The notes under the pieces are model-generated. The model was given only the letters and a program-made list of their open reading frames with translations, did not search any database and had not been told where the DNA came from. Below, in pieces: positions 1 through 8,595 of a stretch of DNA of 55,458 nucleotides (position 1 is its first letter; every line of letters starts with the position of its first letter). Position numbers and translations under genes: made by a program. This DNA comes from a virus (lineage: Duplodnaviria; Caudoviricetes). The stretch lies in IMG/VR virus record IMGVR_UViG_3300044580_000222, positions 1 to 55,458 of that record; one strand, 5' to 3'.

Positions 1-55
1 GCGAAGGCAGAATAACCGATTGCGAAGGCAGAATAACCGATTGCGAAGGCAGAAT
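1..55 (+). repeat. 21-bp tandem repeat ATAACCGATTGCGAAGGCAGA (encodes ITDCEGR), left contig end
   Basis: Nt 1-45 are identical to nt 55414-55458. Exactly 55 nt of pure repeat sit at each contig end. Confidence 0.97.
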
Positions 56-89
56 GGACCCGATAGTAGCATCGTTAATTTTTGGATGA
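1..89 (+). CDS. 3' end of tail protein that starts at 55071 and spans the contig ends (...CEGRITDCEGRMDPIVASLIFG*)
   Basis: Frame with codons starting at nt 3 continues the ITDCEGR repeat to TGA at 87-89. Confidence 0.8.
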   Translation, partial: EGRITDCEGRITDCEGRMDPIVASLIFG

Positions 90-93
90 AATC

Positions 94-420
94 ATGACAG
101 CATCAATCATTGACCCGGCAATCGTTCAGATTGCAACAGCAGACATAGAGCAGGATCTGATAAACAACTCCGGCGAAACCAGAGAGTTGAGTTTACTTAT
201 CCATGTTGCGAATAATGGTACATCATCGGCGAATGTGCAATTATGGATTACTAATTCGAGTAATACTAAACTGTTCCCGGTCCTTCCTGAAACAAGTGTT
301 GGAGCAAAAGCAGGACTGTCAAACTCAACCAAATTGGTATTGAAGGCAGGAAACAAGATCCGGATAACCGCATCATCCACAGACGTATATGCGATGATCT
401 GTCCTGTGTCGGGGTTATAA
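94..420 (+). CDS. small beta-rich tail/virion protein
   Basis: ATG at 94 just after the previous stop; beta-strand-rich sequence; tail-gene context. Confidence 0.6.
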   Translation: MTASIIDPAIVQIATADIEQDLINNSGETRELSLLIHVANNGTSSANVQLWITNSSNTKLFPVLPETSVGAKAGLSNSTKLVLKAGNKIRITASSTDVYAMICPVSGL

Positions 421-422
421 TC

Positions 423-1697
423 ATGTTTCGCGACCCGTGGGAACCTCTGATAGAGAATGAGTCTGATTCTCCTGTGTATGGAGTACTATGGAACCGTGCA
501 TCAAGTTCACCGACACTGTCACGAATAGATGAGAACGGCGACACTATCAGCCCTACGTCTCTGTCATTCAACAATCACCCGCTATGGGGAAACATGCGGC
601 GGTGCACATTAGATGCATCCGGAAATCCTACATACGGTAGTGATGCAAAGGGAACCGGACTCACTCTGACCAGTGACTACTGTATGGTCGAAATCCCCGG
701 TTGTTATGCTGGTTCATTCCGCGAAGGCGATTATCAGGGACTCTTGCTGGGAACTAGGCCGTTTGAATCAAAATATGTGACATCAGTATGGCATCCGGCG
801 TTTTACAGGCGGGATAGGACCGGAGTAAAATCACCAAAATTGTATCTTGGAGCATATGAGGCGTCAGACAACGGCGGTACAGTATCCGCAGATGCAACAA
901 CAGCGACCAGGTATGCGACCTCCTGGACTGGTCTGAAATTAACGAGCAAATCCGGTGTTGCACCGTTAACCGGGAATGGGACATCTGGAACACTGGCACA
1001 ATTTGAGACGGCAGGAAACCTCGTTGGATCGAATTGGGGCATTCAGTCGTTTTGGACACAATGTCTGTTACAAAGCCTGTTTTATATCGAGTATGCATCA
1101 TTCAATTCTCAATCAGCACTCGCGCCAGGAAGAACGAATGCAAGCAACACACGGGCACTTGCAACCGGTCAGGGCAATGCACTTATGGGAACGAATGGAA
1201 CAGGAGGCGGAACAGATACGCAGGCCGTTGTGTATCGCGGAATAGAAAACCCGTGGGGGAACATCTGGAAATTCATTATCGGGTTCAATTCCATAGACTC
1301 GGCATATAATGTCATGAAACGGGATGGAACCGGAGCACTTGCAGACATTATGACAGAGGGTAATTATGAACAGACAACCGGAATCACTCCCCTGAACGGC
1401 ACCAGCAACATTTCCGGAACCGATGGAGGAGAATACTGTCATGGATATGCATCTGACCTCGTGTTTTCTGATCCGCTCAAACTGGCTTTTGTTCCATCTG
1501 CTCTATCCGGGTCTGAAACTTCCTACACATCCGATTATTTTTACTCGCACAAAGCAGGAATTTCTCAAACGGGTATCCTGCTTGCGGGGGGCTATTGGAT
1601 TGATGCCGGTAAGGCGGGGGTCGGGTTTCTGGCTGCGAATAACGCCGCTTCGAATGTCAATTTGACTCTTGGCGGCCGTCTTGAAGCAATTTTCTAA
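423..1697 (+). CDS. tail fibre/adhesin with C-terminal CLec (Mtd/FGE-like) fold, DGR-target type
   Basis: Motifs YLGAYEA, YRGIENPWGNIWKFI and terminal GGYW...AG...L...N..S......GGRL are typical of DGR-diversified CLec receptor-binding proteins. Confidence 0.8.
   Translation: MFRDPWEPLIENESDSPVYGVLWNRASSSPTLSRIDENGDTISPTSLSFNNHPLWGNMRRCTLDASGNPTYGSDAKGTGLTLTSDYCMVEIPGCYAGSFREGDYQGLLLGTRPFESKYVTSVWHPAFYRRDRTGVKSPKLYLGAYEASDNGGTVSADATTATRYATSWTGLKLTSKSGVAPLTGNGTSGTLAQFETAGNLVGSNWGIQSFWTQCLLQSLFYIEYASFNSQSALAPGRTNASNTRALATGQGNALMGTNGTGGGTDTQAVVYRGIENPWGNIWKFIIGFNSIDSAYNVMKRDGTGALADIMTEGNYEQTTGITPLNGTSNISGTDGGEYCHGYASDLVFSDPLKLAFVPSALSGSETSYTSDYFYSHKAGISQTGILLAGGYWIDAGKAGVGFLAANNAASNVNLTLGGRLEAIF
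1569..1682 (+). other. DGR variable-region (VR)-like segment
   Basis: 38 consecutive codons with no third-position A; 8 Gly and 7 Ala codons with no GGA/GCA; NNY codons interleaved at typical variable positions. Confidence 0.7.
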
Positions 1698-1710
1698 AAT
1701 GAGGTGCAAA

Positions 1711-2037
1711 ATGGTAACAAAAAACACACAACCGGAACAGGTAGAACTGGATTGGGGATCTTTCCGGGAAGGTTCAGTTGATGTTTTAGTCCACTGGAAT
1801 ATCGCAGAAACAACCGGAACAACTGAAGACGGGCAGACATACGCACAATGGCAGTATGATGAGGCACGTATCCGGATATCCCTTCCTGCATCAGCACGGA
1901 GTCAGGAAACCGCACAAACATACGCAAATTCCAGATATCAGGCTTTACTCATGTTGGCAGGGGCAGACGTAATCCCTACGAAAATTACTGATCTAGAGGC
2001 AGCAGTCCTTGACCTGGCAGGAGCACTGATGATATGA
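1711..2037 (+). CDS. putative tail-fibre-associated protein/chaperone
   Basis: GAGGTG RBS before ATG 1711; C-terminal coiled coil ITDLEAAVLDLA; directly follows the adhesin. Confidence 0.55.
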   Translation: MVTKNTQPEQVELDWGSFREGSVDVLVHWNIAETTGTTEDGQTYAQWQYDEARIRISLPASARSQETAQTYANSRYQALLMLAGADVIPTKITDLEAAVLDLAGALMI

Positions 2038-2165
2038 CGGTATATTGGAAACGGATCATAAAATCCCAGTATGATGCAGGGAACAAAACCGCCGAAGAGG
2101 TTCAGGCATATGTGCCGAGACTCATCACACAAGCGGAATGCGATGAAATTCTTGGGATATCATGA
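2034..2165 (+). CDS. XkdX-like small tail-associated protein (43 aa, MTVYWKRIIKSQYDAG...LITQAECDEILG)
   Basis: Not in the ORF track (under 60 aa); ATGA overlaps at both ends; ITxxExxEI motif typical of XkdX-like proteins. Confidence 0.6.
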   Translation: MTVYWKRIIKSQYDAGNKTAEEVQAYVPRLITQAECDEILGIS

Positions 2166-2671
2166 GATGTGATGTTGATTCCTGCGATACGTCACCATCT
2201 GACATTCCCGTTTTTGCAGAGTTTACCGGTCTGAAATGGTATCAATGTGAAAATTGGGATTTCGGCCCATCTCACGGCGGGGGGCCATCAGCAGTTGCTA
2301 TCAATGGCGGTAAAGATAGCATATTCCCTCGTGTCACTCGTGCAGAAAATACTGATGGAGTTAAGCGGTACCGGAAGGTATTCGGGAAAAATGTAGGGGT
2401 TTCTGACTGGAACGAGTTCTATGTGAATGTGATTCAGAACGCAAATAACTCATTTTCACGTGACCATACGGCGGTTGTAAAAGGAACCTTGACTGATGAT
2501 ATGTTCGATAAACCGAACGACGCAGCATTTTCATCAAGCCAGGCCGGAATATTTACCTGTGCGGTTGGGGATTATTTCGCGTTGTGGATACGTCAGGAAC
2601 TGTATGCAGGTGGAACGGACCCGCAGCGGGGCCAGGACATTGTAATTCAGATTGAACTTATGGAGGATTAA
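2162..2671 (+). CDS. putative tail/baseplate protein
   Basis: Translationally coupled within the tail operon. Confidence 0.55.
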   Translation: MRCDVDSCDTSPSDIPVFAEFTGLKWYQCENWDFGPSHGGGPSAVAINGGKDSIFPRVTRAENTDGVKRYRKVFGKNVGVSDWNEFYVNVIQNANNSFSRDHTAVVKGTLTDDMFDKPNDAAFSSSQAGIFTCAVGDYFALWIRQELYAGGTDPQRGQDIVIQIELMED

Positions 2672-3369
2672 TGATTAATCTGGAATTTTCGTATGATATC
2701 GCAGGACATGATGACATTGAACTGAATCTGATTTCAGGCACGCATTTAACTGAACAAGTGCTTTCCTACATATATACGAAGAATTCCGGCCCGCTTGCGT
2801 TCTCTTATGATATTGCAGGGAATCACACCGAAATAACGAATCTGTATTGTAATACTCATGTAGATCTGACCTCTCACCGAAACATTGTTGCAGTTGGTGA
2901 AATTTTCAACCAGACATTACTGAACATTTCTCGTGTCTGGAATATTTCGGAGATAACAAATCTCACATCATCGACCCTGATGGATGCTCTGCATCTCCTG
3001 AATATCGGGTATACTGATGATGTGATGTTCGGGAGCGTTATTCTTCGCCATGCCCGGTATGATGCAATTGATGAAGTTGATTTTCCATTCCGGGAAAAGA
3101 GATTGTATGGGGGGTATCGTTCCATCCGGTCAACAAACATCAGAGGGTATTCGGGTGCATTTGTAGCTGTAACAGATGACTGGAACGATATTCAGTCACT
3201 CATAGATCTGATAGGCCAGGCTAAAACATTGAGAATTTGGGGGAAGCCATATAGAAACTGTTACATTAAACCACCAATTAAGATAAAAACTGTGAAAAAG
3301 GGCGTGAACCGGTGGGAATACTGGGTTTCGATTTATCAGGATAGTGCTATCGTCGAGGTATCAGCATGA
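2671..3369 (+). CDS. putative distal-tail-region protein with N-terminal repeat (FSYDIAG x2)
   Basis: Coupled ORF; internal repeat LEFSYDIAGH / LAFSYDIAGN. Confidence 0.5.
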   Translation: MINLEFSYDIAGHDDIELNLISGTHLTEQVLSYIYTKNSGPLAFSYDIAGNHTEITNLYCNTHVDLTSHRNIVAVGEIFNQTLLNISRVWNISEITNLTSSTLMDALHLLNIGYTDDVMFGSVILRHARYDAIDEVDFPFREKRLYGGYRSIRSTNIRGYSGAFVAVTDDWNDIQSLIDLIGQAKTLRIWGKPYRNCYIKPPIKIKTVKKGVNRWEYWVSIYQDSAIVEVSA

Positions 3370-4655
3370 GCAGAACTAATATTCTGTCTCTGATGTTTGA
3401 TACCTGTAAAATATCCCGGTCTATCACCGATTCGATGTGGCGGTTTGACATCGATATTGACAAAGATTATCCCTGTCCTAAACTCTGGGAACCTGTTGAA
3501 GCCACATTAGTAGAGAATAATAAAAAGCACTGTGTATTTATTGGGTTCCCGATATCCAAACAGAAAGTATTCAGAGACGGAGATGAATATACTCATCTGA
3601 CCGGGGTATCGTATGGCTGGTATATCGCAAACCGGCCATTACGCCCGTCAGAACGGACATTACAATCAACACAGTCAGGTAGTAATATCATCATTGAAGA
3701 TCCGATTACATACCTGAATAGACTCTTTTTCACCGGAGGGAACCGGTTAGGGTTATCAAAGGGGTATTGGGATAGTGCTACAACCGGGTGGGGGACAAAC
3801 GATCTCCCCTACCATCAGTTTGAATCAAACGAGAATACTACGATTCAGAGCGTATTAGATGATATTTGTGCATATACCGGACTTATCCATATGGATTACT
3901 GGAAATCTACGGGTACAAGTTGGAACCCCGTGTCATATCTGGTGAATTCTGCAAACCTGGATACAAAGATGAATCTTCCAGCCCCGTTAGTCCTGAACTC
4001 TTCCGATGATCAGATTGATGTCAGAACCCATAAAATGATAGATGAGATTCAGAGCACGGAAGAGGGAGACAAATGGAAAAACCGCGTATATGTTGATGCA
4101 AAGATTCAGGATACTGATAATTGGTATACAGCCGTAAAACCCGCAACATGGGACATCAATTCAAACGGGTTGGAACGGATTTATCAGTATTGCGAGGAAT
4201 TGCCCCCTGGAACCGATGCACAGTCATGGGCAACGAAACGATGTAACCAGATTTATTCATTGCTCTGCACGCCAACAACGACATTTGAAGTGCCATTCTG
4301 GTATAAATTTGACCTGCAACTCTATCAAAAGATTCAGTTCAACGGCTTTCCGTCAATTCCACAAGATATGATGAGGATAACCGAACTTTCATACGATTTC
4401 GACCCTGATGGGGGGGCGGTATGTTCTGCACGATGCACCCTTGATAGGGACTGGTCAGCAGCACGGGCACTCGCGTTAATTCTGAAACAGGATTCAATAT
4501 CATTAGCCGATGCAATCAGAAAAGTCGTGAATAAATCAACGACAACGAATTATTCAGGAACCGTCACCGGGTTCTCAGGGGGTTCTGCTATTGTATCATA
4601 TGGGAATAATGTTGAAACGAAATTAGGGTATGCACGGGCATTGAATAACGGGTGA
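3366..4655 (+). CDS. putative baseplate hub/tail-tip protein
   Basis: 429 aa, beta-rich; C-terminal DLQLYQKIQF...MRITELSYDF pattern resembles phage hub proteins; tail-operon context. Confidence 0.55.
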   Translation: MSRTNILSLMFDTCKISRSITDSMWRFDIDIDKDYPCPKLWEPVEATLVENNKKHCVFIGFPISKQKVFRDGDEYTHLTGVSYGWYIANRPLRPSERTLQSTQSGSNIIIEDPITYLNRLFFTGGNRLGLSKGYWDSATTGWGTNDLPYHQFESNENTTIQSVLDDICAYTGLIHMDYWKSTGTSWNPVSYLVNSANLDTKMNLPAPLVLNSSDDQIDVRTHKMIDEIQSTEEGDKWKNRVYVDAKIQDTDNWYTAVKPATWDINSNGLERIYQYCEELPPGTDAQSWATKRCNQIYSLLCTPTTTFEVPFWYKFDLQLYQKIQFNGFPSIPQDMMRITELSYDFDPDGGAVCSARCTLDRDWSAARALALILKQDSISLADAIRKVVNKSTTTNYSGTVTGFSGGSAIVSYGNNVETKLGYARALNNG

Positions 4656-5623
4656 TTTTAATGGTTCGGGTAGGAGAACGGGTTTTAGTTTCAGATATCG
4701 AAAGAGGGGGGAAAGTGGCGGTTGATACAAAATCCCCGGTTATAGGAAAGAAAGTTTTGGTGATGGATACCGGCGAAAGCGGGAAGGTAGCAGTCAGGGC
4801 ACTCAATGTATATGAGAGGGATGAAGGTCTCGTTGTTACCCTGCCCTGTGGATCTAAAGCGTTCCTGCCGTCAGAACCGCCTGACTACTTTTCAAACACC
4901 CCCTTAAACGAATCCGGCGGGGGAATGGGGTGCGGGTGTTCACAGGGAGCACCTGAAACAAATGGATGGGTATGTGCGCCAACGTGCGGATTCAGAGCAG
5001 AATTGGGTGTCTGTAAGATATCCCTCGGATATGCTCAAAACATCTATGACCCTAATTTCTGTTCTCATGCAACTGGCAGGAATTACTGGTATGGGAACGA
5101 GTATATCAAAGAGATAATCACCGAATATCGTTGTGGACGTAGCAACCAGTATTGCAGCAATTATCAGAAGAAAGATCAGTATGGTAGAACTGTCACATGT
5201 TCAAGATACCTGTATGCATATGGCGTTGTTCATTTGGATGAACGAGGGGCAATCGTTTCAGACACACGACCCGGGCAATGTCCATTTCCTCAAAATCTTG
5301 TTGTTGTAGGAGAAACCAGACGGAAAGCATATGCATGTGTCCGACGGCAGGCGTGCCCGTATTATAACGGGGGGAGAGGTACAAAGATGTGCACATATGG
5401 TCCATCATCCCCTCCTCCATTTCAGCCCGGCGGGAAACCTCCTTCAAACATCTGTCAGAATCCCGGCGGGTTATCATTCTCGGGATGGGAAGTTCCGGGC
5501 GGTGAAAACTCGAATGAAATCAGGTGTGCATTCAGTAAAGCGACTGAAGGGCACGCAGGAACCGTGCAAACGTCATCCGGGTTCGGAGATGACCAGATAC
5601 GATGTCAGTTCAGTGTATTTTGA
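4652..5623 (+). CDS. cysteine-rich putative tail-tip protein
   Basis: 17 Cys in 323 aa; N-terminal tandem repeats VGERVLV..GKVAV / IGKKVLV..GKVAV. Confidence 0.6.
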   Translation: MILMVRVGERVLVSDIERGGKVAVDTKSPVIGKKVLVMDTGESGKVAVRALNVYERDEGLVVTLPCGSKAFLPSEPPDYFSNTPLNESGGGMGCGCSQGAPETNGWVCAPTCGFRAELGVCKISLGYAQNIYDPNFCSHATGRNYWYGNEYIKEIITEYRCGRSNQYCSNYQKKDQYGRTVTCSRYLYAYGVVHLDERGAIVSDTRPGQCPFPQNLVVVGETRRKAYACVRRQACPYYNGGRGTKMCTYGPSSPPPFQPGGKPPSNICQNPGGLSFSGWEVPGGENSNEIRCAFSKATEGHAGTVQTSSGFGDDQIRCQFSVF

Positions 5624-5630
5624 GGTAATC

Positions 5631-5825
5631 ATGGCAACATACTATTTCAACAATCGACATGCAGTAAGCCCGCAGAATCCGAATGGGTTCGGGAAAGCCG
5701 GGACATCAGCACGGGCACGGATAACGGTATCAATTCCGGGGTATTATTCGATGGATTATACCCGGATACCGACATCCTATACAGCACAGGGAACCGCATG
5801 GGCACGAACTATAGGGAGATACTGA
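5631..5825 (+). CDS. hypothetical small protein (64 aa)
   Basis: GAGGT RBS before ATG 5631; 3' part of track ORF 5331..5825. Confidence 0.55.
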   Translation: MATYYFNNRHAVSPQNPNGFGKAGTSARARITVSIPGYYSMDYTRIPTSYTAQGTAWARTIGRY

Positions 5826-5986
5826 TGGTTTGTGCAATAGAGTTTGATGGATGTTTAGGTGATGGTTCCGGGCCGGTTTGTCCGTATGTCTGGAAGTATT
5901 CACCAACCGGGAAATACAATTGTGCATTTTTGAGGAAAGAACTCACTGAAATGCCAGATCCGGACTGCCCGTTCAAGAGGGGATAA
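5825..5986 (+). CDS. small Cys-rich protein (53 aa)
   Basis: Stop/start overlaps at both ends; 5 Cys. Confidence 0.5.
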   Translation: MVCAIEFDGCLGDGSGPVCPYVWKYSPTGKYNCAFLRKELTEMPDPDCPFKRG

Positions 5987-6522
5987 TGGAGTCAGGCGGA
6001 TTCGTTCTCAAAACAATTCTGAACGAAGGGTCTCCATCAAAGCCACGCGGAGAGATAGTTTTTGATAGGCAGATGGCTAAAAACGACTTTGTTGTCATTG
6101 ATTCATCGAATTGGAATACCTATACAGCCACAAAGGGAATGCCAGTCGGCCAGCGGATTACGTCTCTGACCGGTCAGCAGGTCGTAGGTAAAATCCTGAC
6201 CGTGCCAGAATTTGAGGCACTGGATTATGATCCGTATATCGTGGCATGGGATGAACAATTGGAGACTGAACATTACCGGACGGCTGAAGTCATCTGGTAT
6301 GGTATCAATTCCATTGTCGTTGCACATCTCCAGGCAGGGTCAATCACTCCTGGCAACACATCCCTGGTGGCAGATACCATTGAGACTGATAAGCGGGTGG
6401 ATGGGAAACTTGCATTGCGGCCAGGTGAAGATGGAGATATCATATCGTTCCATGCAGGCGCAGCCGGGGATGATGTCAGGATAGGTATCATGGGCCGGGT
6501 CAATATTCAGATGTTCACATAG
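5986..6522 (+). CDS. hypothetical protein, last gene of the tail operon
   Basis: Coupled ORF of 178 aa. Confidence 0.6.
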   Translation: MESGGFVLKTILNEGSPSKPRGEIVFDRQMAKNDFVVIDSSNWNTYTATKGMPVGQRITSLTGQQVVGKILTVPEFEALDYDPYIVAWDEQLETEHYRTAEVIWYGINSIVVAHLQAGSITPGNTSLVADTIETDKRVDGKLALRPGEDGDIISFHAGAAGDDVRIGIMGRVNIQMFT

Positions 6523-6617
6523 ACTGTCGGTATTGGAGGATCTCTATCAACCCTGTATAAATACACCTCTTTTTGAAAATTTAATAGCGAGATAATACAA
6601 ACCCTGTCGAAAATAAT

Positions 6618-6647
6618 GTAATATTTATATAATAGTATAAATAATAC
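6618..6647. promoter_or_regulatory. 12-6-12 imperfect palindrome overlapping a TATA box; candidate attP core or integrase operator
   Basis: GTAATATTTATA-TAATAG-TATAAATAATAC, 11 of 12 arm positions complementary; directly upstream of the integrase. Confidence 0.35.
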
Positions 6648-6680
6648 TGTGGTAGGTCTCAAGGAGATGGGAAATAGGTA

Positions 6681-6740
6681 GATACATATGCGTCAGTGCG
6701 GATGTATTTGCGTATACACCAGTGTTGACGCAGATGTATC
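6681..6740. repeat. 15-bp inverted repeat with 30-bp spacer immediately upstream of the integrase ATG
   Basis: GATACATATGCGTCA (6681-6695) and TGACGCAGATGTATC (6726-6740), 14 of 15 complementary. Confidence 0.7.
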
Positions 6741-6743
6741 ATT

Positions 6744-7949
6744 ATGATGTCCTTGTTAGAGTTTGCAGAAATGAGCCAGACGAAGCAGACAAAGGCTCAA
6801 ATTAAGACGGCTGTTGCCTGTTTCCTTGAGTATGTCTATGCCGGAAAGGCAGACCCCCGGCTAAAAGCAAAAATGCGTTCGGAAGAGGAGTATGCTCGAT
6901 TGGATGCTTTGAGCATAGAATACATTCAGTCGGGCCGGGATTATCCTGCCGATCTCCTCCGGTTCACCATGTCATATAAGGACATATGGAGTCCGAACAC
7001 CATCCGGAGCCGGGTGAACTTCTCACGACAATGGCTGGAACTTAACGACATCCCGTTCAAAGCCGCTCACATCAAGATGCTCAAGACCAGGATACCCAGG
7101 CAGAAAACTCTGACCGAGGATGAAGCCCTGACCCATGAGATGATACGTCAGTGGACTGACCATCTGAAACTGCACGGGAAGGTCATCGTCCTCTGCCTGA
7201 TGTCATCAGGGATGCGGATAGGTGAACTCCTGGCACTCCGGATGGAAGATGTGGGGTGGGAGAATGACCCGGTTGATGTGACCATCAGGGAAGAGACAGC
7301 AAAGAACAAACGGGAACGGTACACCTTCCTGTCACCTGAAGCGGTTGATGGTCTGAAGGAATGGCTCAAGGTTCGTGACCGGTGGATGCTTTCGGCAACA
7401 AACCGGGGCAAAGGAATAGGTCAGACAAAGCGACTGGATGATGACCGGATATTTCCGTTCTCTCAGATGACCATCAACCGCATGTTCAAGAACGCTCTGA
7501 TATCTGCCGGGATGTATAAAGCGGACCCAAAGACTGGACATTCAACCATTCACGCTCATGGTCTTCGGAAATTTTTTTATACGCAGATGTCCGGGGCGGT
7601 GGATGACCCGAAGATAGTGGACCTGTTGGTAGGTCATATACGGTATTTGGAACCAGTATACTTCAGAAAACCCCGGAAAGAGGTAGGTGAAATCTACCGT
7701 AAAGCGTATTATGCTATATCTCTCTATGCCAGTGAAAACATCCCAGAAATCAAAGCGGAACTTGAATCAGCGAAAACGGGTCAGCAGTACCTATTAAGCA
7801 AAATGGTAGATAACGCTTCCGAATTTGAACAGATGAAGCAGCGGATGAAAGACCTGGAAGAGAAACTTGAACGTTCACAGGCCGTTGGCAGGTTGATTCA
7901 GGAAAATAAAGAGTTAATAGAGAAAGAGAAAAATAAGAGAAAACAATAA
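6744..7949 (+). CDS. int: tyrosine recombinase/integrase
   Basis: Catalytic motifs SSGMRIGEL (R), AKNK (K), HGLR (HxxR), VGH and Y in EPVYF; C-terminal coiled coil. Confidence 0.95.
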   Translation: MMSLLEFAEMSQTKQTKAQIKTAVACFLEYVYAGKADPRLKAKMRSEEEYARLDALSIEYIQSGRDYPADLLRFTMSYKDIWSPNTIRSRVNFSRQWLELNDIPFKAAHIKMLKTRIPRQKTLTEDEALTHEMIRQWTDHLKLHGKVIVLCLMSSGMRIGELLALRMEDVGWENDPVDVTIREETAKNKRERYTFLSPEAVDGLKEWLKVRDRWMLSATNRGKGIGQTKRLDDDRIFPFSQMTINRMFKNALISAGMYKADPKTGHSTIHAHGLRKFFYTQMSGAVDDPKIVDLLVGHIRYLEPVYFRKPRKEVGEIYRKAYYAISLYASENIPEIKAELESAKTGQQYLLSKMVDNASEFEQMKQRMKDLEEKLERSQAVGRLIQENKELIEKEKNKRKQ

Positions 7950-7983
7950 AAAAATATATTTTCTATGAGATGAAAAGAACTGC

Positions 7984-8595
7984 ATGGACTTTTCCCGTAT
8001 CATACCCTCTTTCGTGGCAGTTCTCCTGATAGGAATTACTGGATGTGCATTTGTACTGAGTTATACATCGTTAACCACTCTGGCAGTCAAAGCTGGTATC
8101 CCCGCACACCGGGCATTTCTCTGGCCGTTATGCCTTGACCTGTTCCAGATAGTGGCATCCCTGGTGGTGGTTCAAAAATACCTGACCGGCCAGAAAACAT
8201 ATGTGGCGTGGTCGGTGGTCATGGTGGTCACAGGGCTGTCCATCCTGTTCAACATTCTTGAGAGCCCGTCCAATATCATATCACAGGCCGTATATGCCCT
8301 GCCACCGGTCACGATATTTATTGCATTTGAATCACTGATGGGGATGCTCCGGTCAGAACTGACCAGGACCGGACAGGTGCAGGTGAATATTAACCATCCA
8401 CCGGTCAGAGCTGACCAGGATACCTGTCCATCAGTGGACACCCCTATCCACCATGACCCGATAGCACAGTTTTTCTCTGACCATCCGGGTATCAGCCTGT
8501 CCAAAGCTGCCCGTTCATTAGGCATACCGAGAACGACCCTGAAAAGAAGATATGATGTGTTGGTATCAGCCGGGCTTGTTCAGGTGATACCGTGA
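7984..8595 (+). CDS. DUF2637-like membrane protein with C-terminal HTH
   Basis: AFVLSY..L..LA..AGI....FLWPL..D motif, about 4 TM helices, C-terminal SLSKAARSLGIPRTTL HTH. Confidence 0.75.
   Translation: MDFSRIIPSFVAVLLIGITGCAFVLSYTSLTTLAVKAGIPAHRAFLWPLCLDLFQIVASLVVVQKYLTGQKTYVAWSVVMVVTGLSILFNILESPSNIISQAVYALPPVTIFIAFESLMGMLRSELTRTGQVQVNINHPPVRADQDTCPSVDTPIHHDPIAQFFSDHPGISLSKAARSLGIPRTTLKRRYDVLVSAGLVQVIP

Noticed and set aside
1-55. Terminal repeats read as a CRISPR array or true terminal repeats
   Set aside because: The units are head-to-tail with no spacers and code in frame within a gene; best explained as a coding tandem repeat at an assembly break.
423-2200. Complete DGR
   Set aside because: No reverse transcriptase ORF, avd or template repeat was found by eye; only the target/VR is supported.
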